Positions 52,401 to 64,000 of a stretch of DNA of 64,000 bases are shown here, in pieces. The translations under genes were made by a program, and so were the position numbers. Every line of letters starts with the position of its first letter. Within the stretch, counting starts at the first letter, position 1. Below the pieces are notes generated by a model. The model searched no databases, had not been told where the DNA came from, and saw only the letters and a list, made by a program, of their open reading frames with translations. The stretch is from Eledone cirrhosa (Eukaryota), in contig CAXHJY010000096.1 in NCBI GenBank assembly GCA_964016885.1, positions 186,001 through 250,000 on the forward strand, given 5' to 3'.

Positions 52401-55400
52401 GATAATTTCCAGCCGTCCAAGGGGAGATAATTTACATCCTTCCAAGGGGAGATAATTTCCAGCCGTCCAAGGGGAGATATTTTCCCGCCAGCCAAGGGAA
52501 GATAATTTTTAAAAAAAATCAGGGGGAGATAATTTGTAAAAAAAAAATCAGGGGGAGATAATTTGTAAAAAAAAATCAAGGGGAGATAATTTGTAAAAAA
52601 AATCAGGGGGAGATAATTTGTAAAAAAAATCAGGGGGAGATAATTTGTAAAAAAATCAGGGGGAGATAATTTGTAAAAAAAAATCAGGGGGAGATAATTT
52701 GTAAAAAAAAATCAAGGGGAGATAATTTGTAAAAAAAAATGAGGGGGAGATAATTTGTAAAAAAAAATCAGGGGGAGATAATTTGTAAAAAAAATCAAGG
52801 GGAGATAATTTGCAGCCGTCGAAGGGGAGATAATTTTCAGCCGTCCAAGGAGAGATAATTTCTAGCCGTCCAAGGGGAGATAATTTCCAGCCGTCCAAGG
52901 GGAGATAATTTCCAGCCGTCCAAGGGGAGATAATTTTTTTTAAAAAATCAAGCGGAGATAATTTGTAAAAAAAAAATCAGGGGGAGATAATTTGTAAAAA
53001 AAAATCAGGGGGAGATAATTTGTAAAAAAAAATCAGGGGGAGATAATTTGTAAAAAAAATCAAGGGGAGATAATTTCCAGCCGTCCAAGGGAAGATAATT
53101 TCCAGCCGTCCAAGGGAAGATAATTTCCAGCCCTCCAAGGGGCTATAATTTCCAGCGTCCAAGGGGAGATAATTTCCAGCCAGCGAAGGGGAGATAATTT
53201 TTTTTTATAAAATCAGGGGGAGATAATTTGTAAAAAAAATCAGGGGGAGATAATTTGTAAAAAAAAATCAGGGGGAGATAATTTGTAAAAAAAAATCAGG
53301 GGGAGATAATTTGTAAAAAAAATCAAGGGGAGATAATTTCCAGCCGTGCAAGGGGAGATAATTTCCAGCCGTCCAAGGGGAGATAATTTACATCCTTCCA
53401 AGGGGAGATAATTTCCAGCCGTCCAAGGGGAGATAATTTCCCGCCAGCCAAGGGAAGATAATTTTTAAAAAAATCAGGGGGAGATAATTTGTAAAAAAAA
53501 AATCAGGGGGAGATAATTTGTAAAAAAAAATCAAGGGGAGATAATTTGTAAAAAAAATCAGGGGGAGATAATTTGTAAAAAAAATCAGGGGGAGATAATT
53601 TGTAAAAAAATCAGGGGGAGATAATTTGTAAAAAAAAAATCAGGGGGAGATAATTTGTAAAAAAAAATCAAGGGGAGATAATTTGTAAAAAAAAATCAGG
53701 GGGAGATAATTTGTAAAAAAAATCAGGGGGAGATAATTTGTAAAAAAATCAGGGGGAGATAATTTGTAAAAAAAAATCAGGGGGAGATAATTTGTAAAAA
53801 AAAATCAGGGGGAGATAATTTGTAAAAAAAATCAGGGGGAGATAATTTGTAAAAAAAATCAGGGGGAGATAATTTGTAAAAAAAATCAAGGGGAGATAAT
53901 TTGCAGCCGTCCAAGGGGAGATAATTTTCAGCCGTCCAAGGAGAGGTAATTTCTAGCCGTCCAAGGGGAGATAATTTCCAGCCGTCCAAGGGGAGATAAT
54001 TTCCAGCCGTCCAAGGGGAGATAATTTTTTTTTAAAAATCAGGCGGAGATAATTTGTAAAAAAAAAAATCAGGGGGAGATAATTTGTAAAAAAAAATCAG
54101 GGGGAGATAATTTGTAAAAAAAAATCAGGGGGAGATAATTTGTAAAAAAAATCAAGGGGAGATAATTTGCAGCCGTCCAAGGGGAGATAATTTTCAGCCG
54201 TCCAAGGAGAGGTAATTTCTAGCCGTCCAAGGGGAGATAAATTCCAGCCTCCAAGGGGAGATAATTTCCAGCCAGCCAAGGGGAGATAATTTGTAAAAAA
54301 ATCAGGGGGAGATAATTTGTAAAAAAAATCAGGGGGAGATAATTTGTAACAAAAAATCAGGGGGAGATAATTTGTAAAAAAAAATCAGGGGGAGATAATT
54401 TGTAAAAAAAATCAGGGGGAGATAATTTGTAAAGAAAATCAAGGGGAGTTAATTTCCAGCCGTCCAAGGGGAGATAATTTTCATCCGTCCAAGGATAGGT
54501 AATTTCTAGCCGTCCAAGGAGAGATAATTTCCAGCCGTCCAAGGGGAGATAATTTCCAGCCGTCCAAGGGGAGATAATTTTTTTAAAAAAATCAGGCGGA
54601 GATAAGTTGTAAAAAAAATCAGGGGGAGATAATTTGTAAAAAAAAATCAGGGGGAGATAATTTGTAAAAAAAAATCAGGGGGAGATAATTTGTAAAAAAA
54701 ATCAAGAGAAGATAATTTCCAGCCGTCCAAGGGAAGATAATTTCCAGCCCTCCAAGGGGCTATAATTTCCAGCGTCCAAGGGGAGATAATTTCCAGCCAG
54801 CGAAGGGGAGATAATTTTAAAAAAAAAATCAGTGGGAGATTTGTAAAAAAAATCAGGGGGAGATAATTTGTAAAAAAAATCAAGGGGAGATAATTTCCAG
54901 CCGTCCAAGGGGAGATAATTTCCAGCCAAGGGGAGATAATTTCCAGCCGTCCAAGGGAAGATAATATTTAAAAAAATCAGGCGGAGATAATTTGTAAAAA
55001 AAATCAGGGGGAGATAATTTGTAAAAAAATCAGGGGGAGATAATTTGTAAAAGAAAAATCAGGGGGAGATAATTTGTAAAAAAAATCAGGGGGAGATAAT
55101 TTGTAAAAAAAATCAGGGGTAGATAATTTGTAAAAAAAAATCAGGGGGAGATAATTTGTAAAAAAAAATCAGGGGGAGATAATTTGTAAAAAAAATCAAG
55201 GGGAGATAATTTGCAGCCGTCCAAGGGGAGATAATTTTCAGCCGTCCAAGGAGAGATAATTTCTAGCCGTCCAAGGGGAGATAATTTCCAGCCGTCCAAG
55301 GGGAGATAATTTCCAGCCGTCCAAGGGGAGATAATTTTTTTTAAAAAATCAAGCGGAGATAATTTGTAAAAAAAAAATCAGGGGGAGATAATTTGTAAAA

Positions 55401-57350
55401 AAAAATCAGGGGGAGATAATTTGTAAAAAAAAATCAGGGGGAGATAATTTGTAAAAAAAATCAAGGGGAGATAATTTCCAGCCGTCCAAGGGAAGATAAT
55501 TTCCAGCCGTCCAAGGGAAGATAATTTCCAGCCCTCCAAGGGGCTATAATTTCCAGCGTCCAAGGGGAGATAATTTCCAGCCAGCGAAGGGGAGATAATT
55601 TTTTTTTAAAAAATCAGGGGGAGATAATTTGTAAAAAAAATCAGGGGGAGATAATTTGTAAAAAAAAATCAGGGGGAGATAATTTGTAAAAAAAAATCAG
55701 GGGGAGATAATTTGTAAAAAAAATCAAGGGGAGATAATTTCCAGCCGTGCAAGGGGAGATAATTTCCAGCCGTCCAAGGGGAGATAATTTACATCCTTCC
55801 AAGGGGAGATAATTTCCAGCCGTCCAAGGGGAGATATTTTCCCGCCAGCCAAGGGAAGATAATTTTTAAAAAAAATCAGGGGGAGATAATTTGTAAAAAA
55901 AAAATCAGGGGGAGATAATTTGTAAAAAAAAATCAAGGGGAGATAATTTGTAAAAAAAATCAGGGGGAGATAATTTGTAAAAAAAATCAGGGGGAGATAA
56001 TTTGTAAAAAAATCAGGGGGAGATAATTTGTAAAAAAAAATCAGGGGGAGATAATTTGTAAAAAAAAATCAAGGGGAGATAATTTGTAAAAAAAAATGAG
56101 GGGGAGATAATTTGTAAAAAAAAATCAGGGGGAGATAATTTGTAAAAAAAATCAAGGGGAGATAATTTGCAGCCGTCGAAGGGGAGATAATTTTCAGCCG
56201 TCCAAGGAGAGATAATTTCTAGCCGTCCAAGGGGAGATAATTTCCAGCCGTCCAAGGGGAGATAATTTCCAGCCGTCCAAGGGGAGATAATTTTTTTTAA
56301 AAAATCAAGCGGAGATAATTTGTAAAAAAAAAATCAGGGGGAGATAATTTGTAAAAAAAAATCAGGGGGAGATAATTTGTAAAAAAAAATCAGGGGGAGA
56401 TAATTTGTAAAAAAAATCAAGGGGAGATAATTTCCAGCCGTCCAAGGGAAGATAATTTCCAGCCGTCCAAGGGAAGATAATTTCCAGCCCTCCAAGGGGC
56501 TATAATTTCCAGCGTCCAAGGGGAGATAATTTCCAGCCAGCGAAGGGGAGATAATTTTTTTTTATAAAATCAGGGGGAGATAATTTGTAAAAAAAATCAG
56601 GGGGAGATAATTTGTAAAAAAAAATCAGGGGGAGATAATTTGTAAAAAAAAATCAGGGGGAGATAATTTGTAAAAAAAATCAAGGGGAGATAATTTCCAG
56701 CCGTGCAAGGGGAGATAATTTCCAGCCGTCCAAGGGGAGATAATTTACATCCTTCCAAGGGGAGATAATTTCCAGCCGTCCAAGGGGAGATAATTTCCCG
56801 CCAGCCAAGGGAAGATAATTTTTAAAAAAATCAGGGGGAGATAATTTGTAAAAAAAAAATCAGGGGGAGATAATTTGTAAAAAAAAATCAAGGGGAGATA
56901 ATTTGTAAAAAAAATCAGGGGGAGATAATTTGTAAAAAAAATCAGGGGGAGATAATTTGTAAAAAAATCAGGGGGAGATAATTTGTAAAAAAAAAATCAA
57001 GGGGAGATAATTTGTAAAAAAAAATCAGGGGGAGATAATTTGTAAAAAAAATCAGGGGGAGATAATTTGTAAAAAAAATCAGGGGGAGATAATTTGTAAA
57101 AAAAAATCAGGGGGAGATAATTTGTAAAAAAAAATCAGGCGGAGATAATTTGTAAAAAAAATCAGGGGGAGATAATTTGTAAAAAAAATCAGGGGGAGAT
57201 AATTTGTAAAAAAAATCAAGGGGAGATAATTTGCAGCCGTCCAAGGGGAGATAATTTTCAGCCGTCCAAGGAGAGGTAATTTCTAGCCGTCCAAGGGGAG
57301 ATAATTTCCAGCCGTCCAAGGGGAGATAATTTCCAGCCGTCCAAGGGGAG
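49420..57350 (+). repeat. Tandem higher-order repeat, period 3357 bp, ~2.3 copies
   Basis: ORF pairs at a constant offset of 3357 (50420/53777, 50740/54097, 51000/54357, 51290/54647, 52021/55378, 52367/55724, 52656/56013, 52977/56334). The offset is 3330 at 53777/57107, meaning one A monomer was lost. Confidence 0.95.
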
Positions 57351-58510
57351 ATAATTTTTTTTAAAAAATCAAGCGGAGATAATTTGTAAAAAAAAAATCA
57401 GGGGGAGATAATTTGTAAAAAAAAATCAGGGGGAGATAATTTGTAAAAAAAAATCAGGGGGAGATAATTTGTAAAAAAAAATCAGGGGGAGATAATTTGT
57501 AAAAAAAAATCAGGGGGAGATAATTTGTAAAAAAAATCAAGGGGAGATAATTTCCAGCCGTCCAAGGGAAGATAATTTCCAGCCGTCCAAGGGAAGATAA
57601 TTTCCAGCCCTCCAAGGGGCTATAATTTCCAGCGTCCAAGGGGAGATAATTTCCAGCCAGCGAAGGGGAGATAATTTTTTTTTATAAAATCAGGGGGAGA
57701 TAATTTGTAAAAAAAATCAGGGGGAGATAATTTGTAAAAAAAAATCAGGGGGAGATAATTTGTAAAAAAAAATCAGGGGGAGATAATTTGTAAAAAAAAT
57801 CAAGGGGAGATAATTTCCAGCCGTGCAAGGGGAGATAATTTCCAGCCGTCCAAGGGGAGATAATTTACATCCTTCCAAGGGGAGATAATTTCCAGCCGTC
57901 CAAGGGGAGATAATTTCCCGCCAGCCAAGGGAAGATAATTTTTAAAAAAATCAGGGGGAGATAATTTGTAAAAAAAAAATCAGGGGGAGATAATTTGTAA
58001 AAAAAAATCAAGGGGAGATAATTTGTAAAAAAAATCAGGGGGAGATAATTTGTAAAAAAAATCAGGGGGAGATAATTTGTAAAAAAATCAGGGGGAGATA
58101 ATTTGTAAAAAAAAAATCAAGGGGAGATAATTTGTAAAAAAAAATCAGGGGGAGATAATTTGTAAAAAAAATCAGGGGGAGATAATTTGTAAAAAAAATC
58201 AGGGGGAGATAATTTGTAAAAAAAAATCAGGGGGAGATAATTTGTAAAAAAAAATCAGGCGGAGATAATTTGTAAAAAAAATCAGGGGGAGATAATTTGT
58301 AAAAAAAATCAGGGGGAGATAATTTGTAAAAAAAATCAAGGGGAGATAATTTGCAGCCGTCCAAGGGGAGATAATTTTCAGCCGTCCAAGGAGAGGTAAT
58401 TTCTAGCCGTCCAAGGGGAGATAATTTCCAGCCGTCCAAGGGGAGATAATTTCCAGCCGTCCAAGGGGAGATAATTTTTTTTAAAAAATCAAGCGGAGAT
58501 AATTTGTAAA
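56330..58510 (+). repeat. Tandem duplication, period 1120 bp, 2 copies
   Basis: ORFs at 56334/57454 and 57107/58227. GTGCAAGG at 56703 and 57823. A mid-run GGCGGAG variant at ~57138 and ~58258. Confidence 0.92.
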
Positions 58511-58514
58511 AAAA

Positions 58515-61500
58515 AATTAGGCGGAGATAATTTGTAAAAAAAATCAGGGGGAGATAATTTGTAAAAAAAATCAGGGGGAGATAATTTGTAAAAAAAAATC
58601 AGGGGTAGATAATTTGTAAAAAAAAATCAGGGGGAGATAATTTGTAAAAAAAAATCAGGGGGAGATAATTTGTAAAAAAAATCAAGGGGAGATAATTTCC
58701 AGCCGTCCAAGGAGAGATCATTTTAAAAAAAATCAGGCGGAGATAATTTGTAAAAAAAAATCAGGGGGAGATAATTTGTAAAAAAAAATCAGGGGGAGAT
58801 AATTTGTAAAAAAAATCAAGGGGAGATAATTTCCAGCCGTCCAAGGGGAGATAATTTTCAGCCGTCCAAGGGGAGATAATTTCCCGCCAGCCAAGGGAAG
58901 ATAATATTTAAAAAAATCAGGCGGAGATAATTTATAAAAAAAATCAGGGGGAGATAATTTGTAAAAAAATCAGGGGGAGATAATTTGTAAAAAAAAAATC
59001 AGGGGGAGATAATTTGTAAAAAAAATCAGGGGGAGATAATTTGTAAAAAAAAATCAGGGGTAGATAATTTGTAAAAAAAAATCAGGGGGAGATAATTTGT
59101 AAAAAAAAATCAGGGGGAGATAATTTGTAAAAAAAATGAAAGGGGAGATAATATCCAGCCGTCCAAGGGGAGATAATTTCCAGCCGTCCAAGGGGAGATA
59201 ATTTCCAGCCGTCCAAGGGGAGATAATTTCCATCCTTCCAAGGGGATATAATTTCCAGCCGTCCAAGGGGAGATAATTTCCATCCTTCCAAGGGGATATA
59301 ATTTCCAGCCGTCCAAGGGGAGATAATTTTCAGCCGTCCAAGGAGAGGTAATTTCTAGCCGTCCAAGGAGAGATAATTTCCAGCCGTCCAAGGGGAGATA
59401 ATTTCCAGCCGTCCAAGGGGAGATAATTTCCAGCCGTCCAAGGAGACATATTTTCCAGCCGTCCAAGGAGAGGTAATTCCTAGCCGTCCAAGGGGAGATA
59501 AATTCCAGCCTCCAAGGGGAGATAATTTCCAGCCAGCCAAGGGGAGATAATTTGTAAAAAAAATCAGGGGGAGATAATTTGTAAAAAAAATCAGGGGGAG
59601 ATAATTTGTAAAAAAAAATCAGGGGGAGATAATTTGTAAAAAATAATCAGGGGGAGATAATTTGTAAAAAAAATCAAGGGGAGATAATTTCCAGCCGTCC
59701 AAGGGGAGATAATTTTCAGCCGTCCAAGGGGAGATAATTTCCCGCCAGCCAAGGGAAGATAATATTTAAAAAAATCAGGCGGAGATAATTTATAAAAAAA
59801 ATCAGGGGGAGATAATTTGTAAAAAAATCAGGGGGAGATAATTTGTAAAAAAAAAATCAGGGGGAGATAATTTGTAAAAAAAATCAGGGGGAGATAATTT
59901 GTAAAAAAAAATCAGGGGTAGATAATTTGTAAAAAAAAATCAGGGGGAGATAATTTGTAAAAAAAATCAGGGGGAGATAATTTGTAAAAAAAAATCAGGG
60001 GTAGATAATTTGTAAAAAAAAATCAGGGGGAGATAATTTGTAAAAAAAATCAAGGGGAGATAATTTCCAGCCGTCCAAGGGAAGATAATTTCCAGCCCTC
60101 CAAGGGGCTATAATTTCCAGCGTCCAAGGGGAGATAATTTCCAGCCAGCGAAGGGGAGATAATTTTTTTTAAAATATCATTGGGAGATTTGTAAAAAAAA
60201 TCAGGGGGAGATAATTTGTAAAAAAAATCAAGGGGAGATAATTTCCAGCCGTCCAAGGGGAGGTAATATCTAGCCGTCCAAGGGGAGATAATTTCCAGCC
60301 GTCCAAGGGGAGATAATTTCCAGCCGTCCAAGGGTAGATAATATCCAGCCGTCCAAGGACATATTTTCCAGCCGTCCAAGGAGAGGTAATTTCTAGCCGT
60401 CCAAGGGGAGATAAATTCCAGCCTCCAAGGGGAGATAATTTCCAGCCAGCCAAGGGGAGATAATTTGTAAAAAAATCAGGGGGAGATAATTTGTAAAAAA
60501 AATCAGGGGGAGATAATTTGTAAAAAAAAATCAGGGGGAGATAATTTGTTAAAAAAAATCAGGGGGAGATAATTTGTAAAAAAAAATCAGGGGGAGATAA
60601 TTTGTAAAAAAAATCAAGGGGAGATAATTTCCAGCCGTCCAAGGGGAGATAATTTTCAGCCGTCCAAGGGGAGATAATTTCCCGCCAGCCAAGGGAAGAT
60701 AATATTTAAAAAAATCAGGCGGAGATAATTTGTAAAAAAAATCAGGGGGAGATAATTTGTAAAAAATTCAGGGGGAGATAATTTGTAAAAAAAAAATCAG
60801 GGGGAGATAATTTGTAAAAAAAATCAGGGGGAGATAATTTGTAAAAAAAATCAGGGGTAGATAATTTGTAAAAAAAATCAGGGGGAGATAATTTGTAAAA
60901 AAAATGAAAGGGGAGATAATATCCAGCCGTCCAAGGGGAGATAATTTCCAGCCGTCCAAGGGGAGATAATTTCCAGCCGTCCAAGGGGAGATAATTTCCA
61001 TCCTTCCAAGGGGATATAATTTCCAGCCGTCCAAGGGGAGATAATTTCCCGCCAGCCAAGGGAAGATAATTTTTTAAAAAATCAGGCGGAGATTGTAAAA
61101 AAATCAGGGGGGAGATAATTTGTAAAAAAATCAGGGGGAGATAATTTGTAAAAAAAAATCAGGGGGAGATAATTTGTAAAAAATAATCAGGGGGAGATAA
61201 TTTGTAAAAAAAAATCAAGGGGAGATAATTTCCAGCCGTCCAAGGGGAGATAATTTCCATCCTTCCAAGGGGATATAATTTCCAGCCGTCCAAGGGGAGA
61301 TAATTTCCCGCCAGCCAAGGGAAGATGATTTTTAAAAAAATCAGGCGGAGATTATAAAAAAAATCAGGGGGGGAGATAATTTGTAAAAAAATCAGGGGGA
61401 GATAATTTGTAAAAAAAAAATCAGGGGGAGATAATTTGTAAAAAAAAATCAGGGGGAGATAATTTGTAAAAAAAAATCAGGGGGAGATAATTTGTAAAAA

Positions 61501-64000
61501 AAATTAGGCGTAGATAATTTGTAAAAAAAAATCAGGGGGAGATAATTTGTAAAAAAAAATCAGGGGGAGATAATTTGTTTAAAAAATCAAGGGGAGATAA
61601 TTTGCAGCCGTCCAAGGGGAGATAGTTTTCAGCCGTCCAAGGAGAGGTAATTTCTAGCCGTTCAAGGGGAGATAATTTCCAGCCGTCCAAGGGGAAATAA
61701 TTTCCAGCCGTCCAAGGGGAGATAATTTTTTTTAAAAAATCAGGCGGAGATAATTTGTAAAAAAAATCAGGGGGAGATAATTCGTAAAAAAAAAACAGGG
61801 GGAGATAATTTGTAAAAAAAAATCAGGGGGAGATAATTTGTAAAAAAAATCAAGGGGAGATAATTTCCAGCCATCCAAGGGGAGGTAATATCTAGCCGTC
61901 CAAGGGGAGATAATTTCCAGCCGTCCAAGGGGAGATAATTTTTTTTAAAAAATCAGGCGGAGATAATTTGTAAAAAAAATCAGGGGGAGATAATTTGTAA
62001 ACAAAATCAGGGGGAGATAATTTGTAAAAAAAAATCAGGGGGAGATAATTTGTAAAAAAAATTAGGCGTAGATAATTTGTAAAAAAAAATCAGGGGGAGA
62101 TAATTTGTAAAAAAAAATCAGAGGGAGATAATTTGTTTAAAAAATCAAGGGGAGATAATTTGCAGCCGTCCAAGGGGAGATAATTTTCAGCCGTCCAAGG
62201 AGAGGTAATTTCTAGCCGTTCAAGGGGAGATAATTTCCAGCCGTCCAAGGGGAGATAATTTCCAGCCGTCCAAGGGGAGATAATTTTTTTTTAAAAATCA
62301 GGCGGAGATAATTTGTAAAAAAAAATCAGGGGGAGATAATTCGTAAAAAAAAATCAGGGGGAGATAATTTGTAAAAAAAATCAAGGAGAGATAATTTCCA
62401 GCCGTCCAAGGGGAGATAATTTCCAGCCGTCCAAGGAGACATATTTTCCAGCCGTCCAAGGCGAGGTAATTTCTAGCCGTCCAAGGGGAGATAAATTCCA
62501 GCCTCCAAGGGGAGATAATTTCCAGCCAGCCAAGTGGAGATAATTTGTAAAAAAATCAGGGGGAGATAATTTGTAAAAAATATCAGGGAGATAATTTGTA
62601 AAAAAAAATCAGGGGGAGATAATTTGTAAAAAAAATCAGGGGGAGATAATTTGTAAAAAAAAATCAGGGGGAGATAATTTGTAAAAAAAATCAAGGGGTG
62701 ATAATTTCCAGCCGTCCAAGGGGAGGTAATATCTAGCCGTCCAAGGGGAGATAATTTCCAGCCGTCCAAGGGGAGATAATTTCCAGCCGTCCAAGGGTAG
62801 ATAATATCCAGCCGTCCAAGGACATATTTTCCAGCCGTCCAAGGAGAGGTAATTTCTAGCCGTCCAAGGGGAGATAAATTCCAGCCTCCAAGGGGAGATA
62901 ATTTGCAGCCAGCCAAGGGGAGATAATTTGTAAAAAAATTAGGGGGAGATAATTTGTAAAAAAAATCAGGGGGAGATAATTTGTAAAAAAAAATCAGGGG
63001 GAGATAATTTGTAAAAAAAAATCAGGGGGAGATAATTTGTAAAAAAAATCAGGGGGAGATAATTTGTAAAAAAAATCAAGGGGAGATAATTTCCAGCCGT
63101 CCAAGGGGAGATAATTTTCAGCCGTCCAAGAGGAGATAATTTCCCGCCAGCCAAGGGAAGATAATTTTTAAAAAAATCAGGCGGAGATTGTAAAAAAAAT
63201 CAGGGGGGAGATAATTTGTAAAAAAATCAGGGGGAGATAATTTGTAAAAAAAAATCAGGGGGAGATAATTTGTAAAAAAAAATCAGGGGGAGATAATTTG
63301 TAAAAAAAAATCAGGGGGAGATAATTTGTAAAAGAAATCAAGGGGAGATAATTTCCAGCCGTCCAAGGAGAGGTAATTTCTAGCCGTTCAAGGGGAGATA
63401 ATTTCCAGCCGTCCAAGGGGAGATAATTTTCTGCCGTCCAAGGAGAGGTAATTTCTAGCCGTCCGAGGAGAGATAATTTCCAGCCGTCCAAGGGGAGATA
63501 ATTTCCAGCCGTCCAAGGGGAGATAATTTCCAGCCGTCCAAGGAGACATATTTTCCAGCCGTCCAAGGAGAGGTAATTTCTAGCCGTCCAAGGGGAGATA
63601 AATTCCAGCCTCCAAGGGGAGATAATTTCCAGCCAGCCAAGGGGAGATAATTTGTAAAAAAATCAGGGGGAGATAATTTGCAAAAAAAATCAGGGGGAGA
63701 TAATTTGTAAAAAAAAATCAGGGGGAGATAATTTGTAAAAAATAATCAGGGGGAGATAATTTCCAGCCGTCCAAGGGGAGATCATTTTCAGCCGTCCAAG
63801 GGGAGATAATTTCCCGCCAGCCAAGGGAAGATAATATTTAAAAAAATTAGGCGGAGATAATTTGTAAAAAGAATCAGGGGGAGATAATTTGTAAAAAAAA
63901 TCAGGGGGAGATAATTTGTAAAAAAAAATCAGGGGTAGATAATTTGTAAAAAAAATCAGGGGGAGATAATTTGTAAAAAAAATCATGGGGAGATAATTTG
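58515..64000 (+). repeat. Third copy of the ~5.6-6.1-kb higher-order unit (homologous to ~32632-38035)
   Basis: Offsets of 25883 (33171/59054, 34167/60050), then 25965 (36508/62473, 37725/63690). GAGATCATTTTAAAA at 32831 and 58714. Confidence 0.93.

Larger units (their letters stand above)
44720..58515 (+). repeat. Distinct satellite subfamily domain (~13.8 kb)
   Basis: Variants CCGTGCAAGG (10 copies, 45189-57823), TTTACATCCTTCC and TCAAGCGGAG were seen only here. A runs are longer. The GGAGACATATTTT and GGGGATATAATTT variants of the flanks were not seen here. Confidence 0.88.
1..64000 (+). repeat. Composite two-monomer tandem satellite array (25-bp B monomer plus 26-29-bp A monomer, shared GGGGAGATAATTT core); runs off both ends of the window
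   Basis: Every line parses as A = GGGGGAGATAATTTGT(A)nTCA, B = AGGGGAGATAATTTCCAGCCGTCCA, or a point or short-indel variant of these, all head-to-tail in one orientation. Rough count is about 2,400 monomers (64,000 / ~26.5 bp). Confidence 0.99.

Noticed and set aside
489-63986. The many minus-strand ORFs of 60-172 aa (motifs LPLDGWKLSPLGRLEIISPWTAGNY, FFYKLSPPD, FFTNYLPLI)
   Set aside because: These are artefacts. The reverse complement of the 25-bp B monomer has no stop codon, so three monomers give a 25-aa cycle that is the same in all frames. The ORFs overlap in several frames, mostly start at TTG, and are broken at random by A-tract length changes. There is no frame preservation or recognisable domain.
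1-64000. CRISPR-like pattern of a constant repeat plus a variable spacer
   Set aside because: The constant part is only 13 bp. The intervening 12-16 bp come in just two recurring types rather than unique spacers, and there are no cas genes or leader.
1-64000. Telomeric repeat
   Set aside because: The units contain a G run, but the mix of two monomers, heritable variants and kb-scale higher-order duplications indicates recombination-driven satellite rather than telomerase-templated repeats. A subtelomeric location is not excluded.
1-64000. G-quadruplex array from G4-G5 runs
   Set aside because: The G runs are separated by ~21-24-nt loops, far longer than canonical G4 loops, so stable intramolecular G4 cannot be supported from sequence alone.
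1-64000. Shine-Dalgarno-like GGAG, -10-like GATAAT/TATAAT and terminator-like T tracts
   Set aside because: These are chance matches inside the monomer, with no downstream genes and no GC-rich hairpins.
1-64000. Inversions, transposon insertions or unique islands
   Set aside because: I looked for reverse-orientation monomers (AAATTATCTCCCC on the + strand) and non-satellite sequence and saw none by eye.
1-64000. Whole array as a sequencing or assembly artefact
   Set aside because: Rare variants and homopolymer lengths are reproduced between distant copies with a nested, tree-like pattern of differences, which fits real evolution. Individual near-identical duplications still need read support.

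Overview
The whole 64 kb window is one uninterrupted, single-orientation tandem satellite array. I found no genes, RNA genes, transposons or unique sequence. It is built from two related monomers that share a 13-bp core (GGGGAGATAATTT). Type A is GGGGGAGATAATTTGT(A)7-10TCA (26-29 bp, AT-rich). Type B is AGGGGAGATAATTTCCAGCCGTCCA (25 bp, contains a CpG). Runs of A and runs of B alternate roughly every 200-450 bp, and specific variant monomers mark the run boundaries. Above this sits a nested hierarchy of near-identical duplications with periods of about 262, 291, 1120, 1320, 2050-2579, 3357 and 5650-6140 bp, plus a 6.6-kb block repeated about 14.5 kb away. A 13.8-kb subfamily domain with its own diagnostic variants lies at about 44.7-58.5 kb. 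All listed ORFs are minus-strand translation artefacts of the repeat. The array looks like eukaryotic heterochromatic (pericentromeric, centromeric or subtelomeric) satellite, but I cannot name the organism or family. All coordinates were read by eye from diagnostic variants and ORF-track offsets, so block boundaries are approximate.
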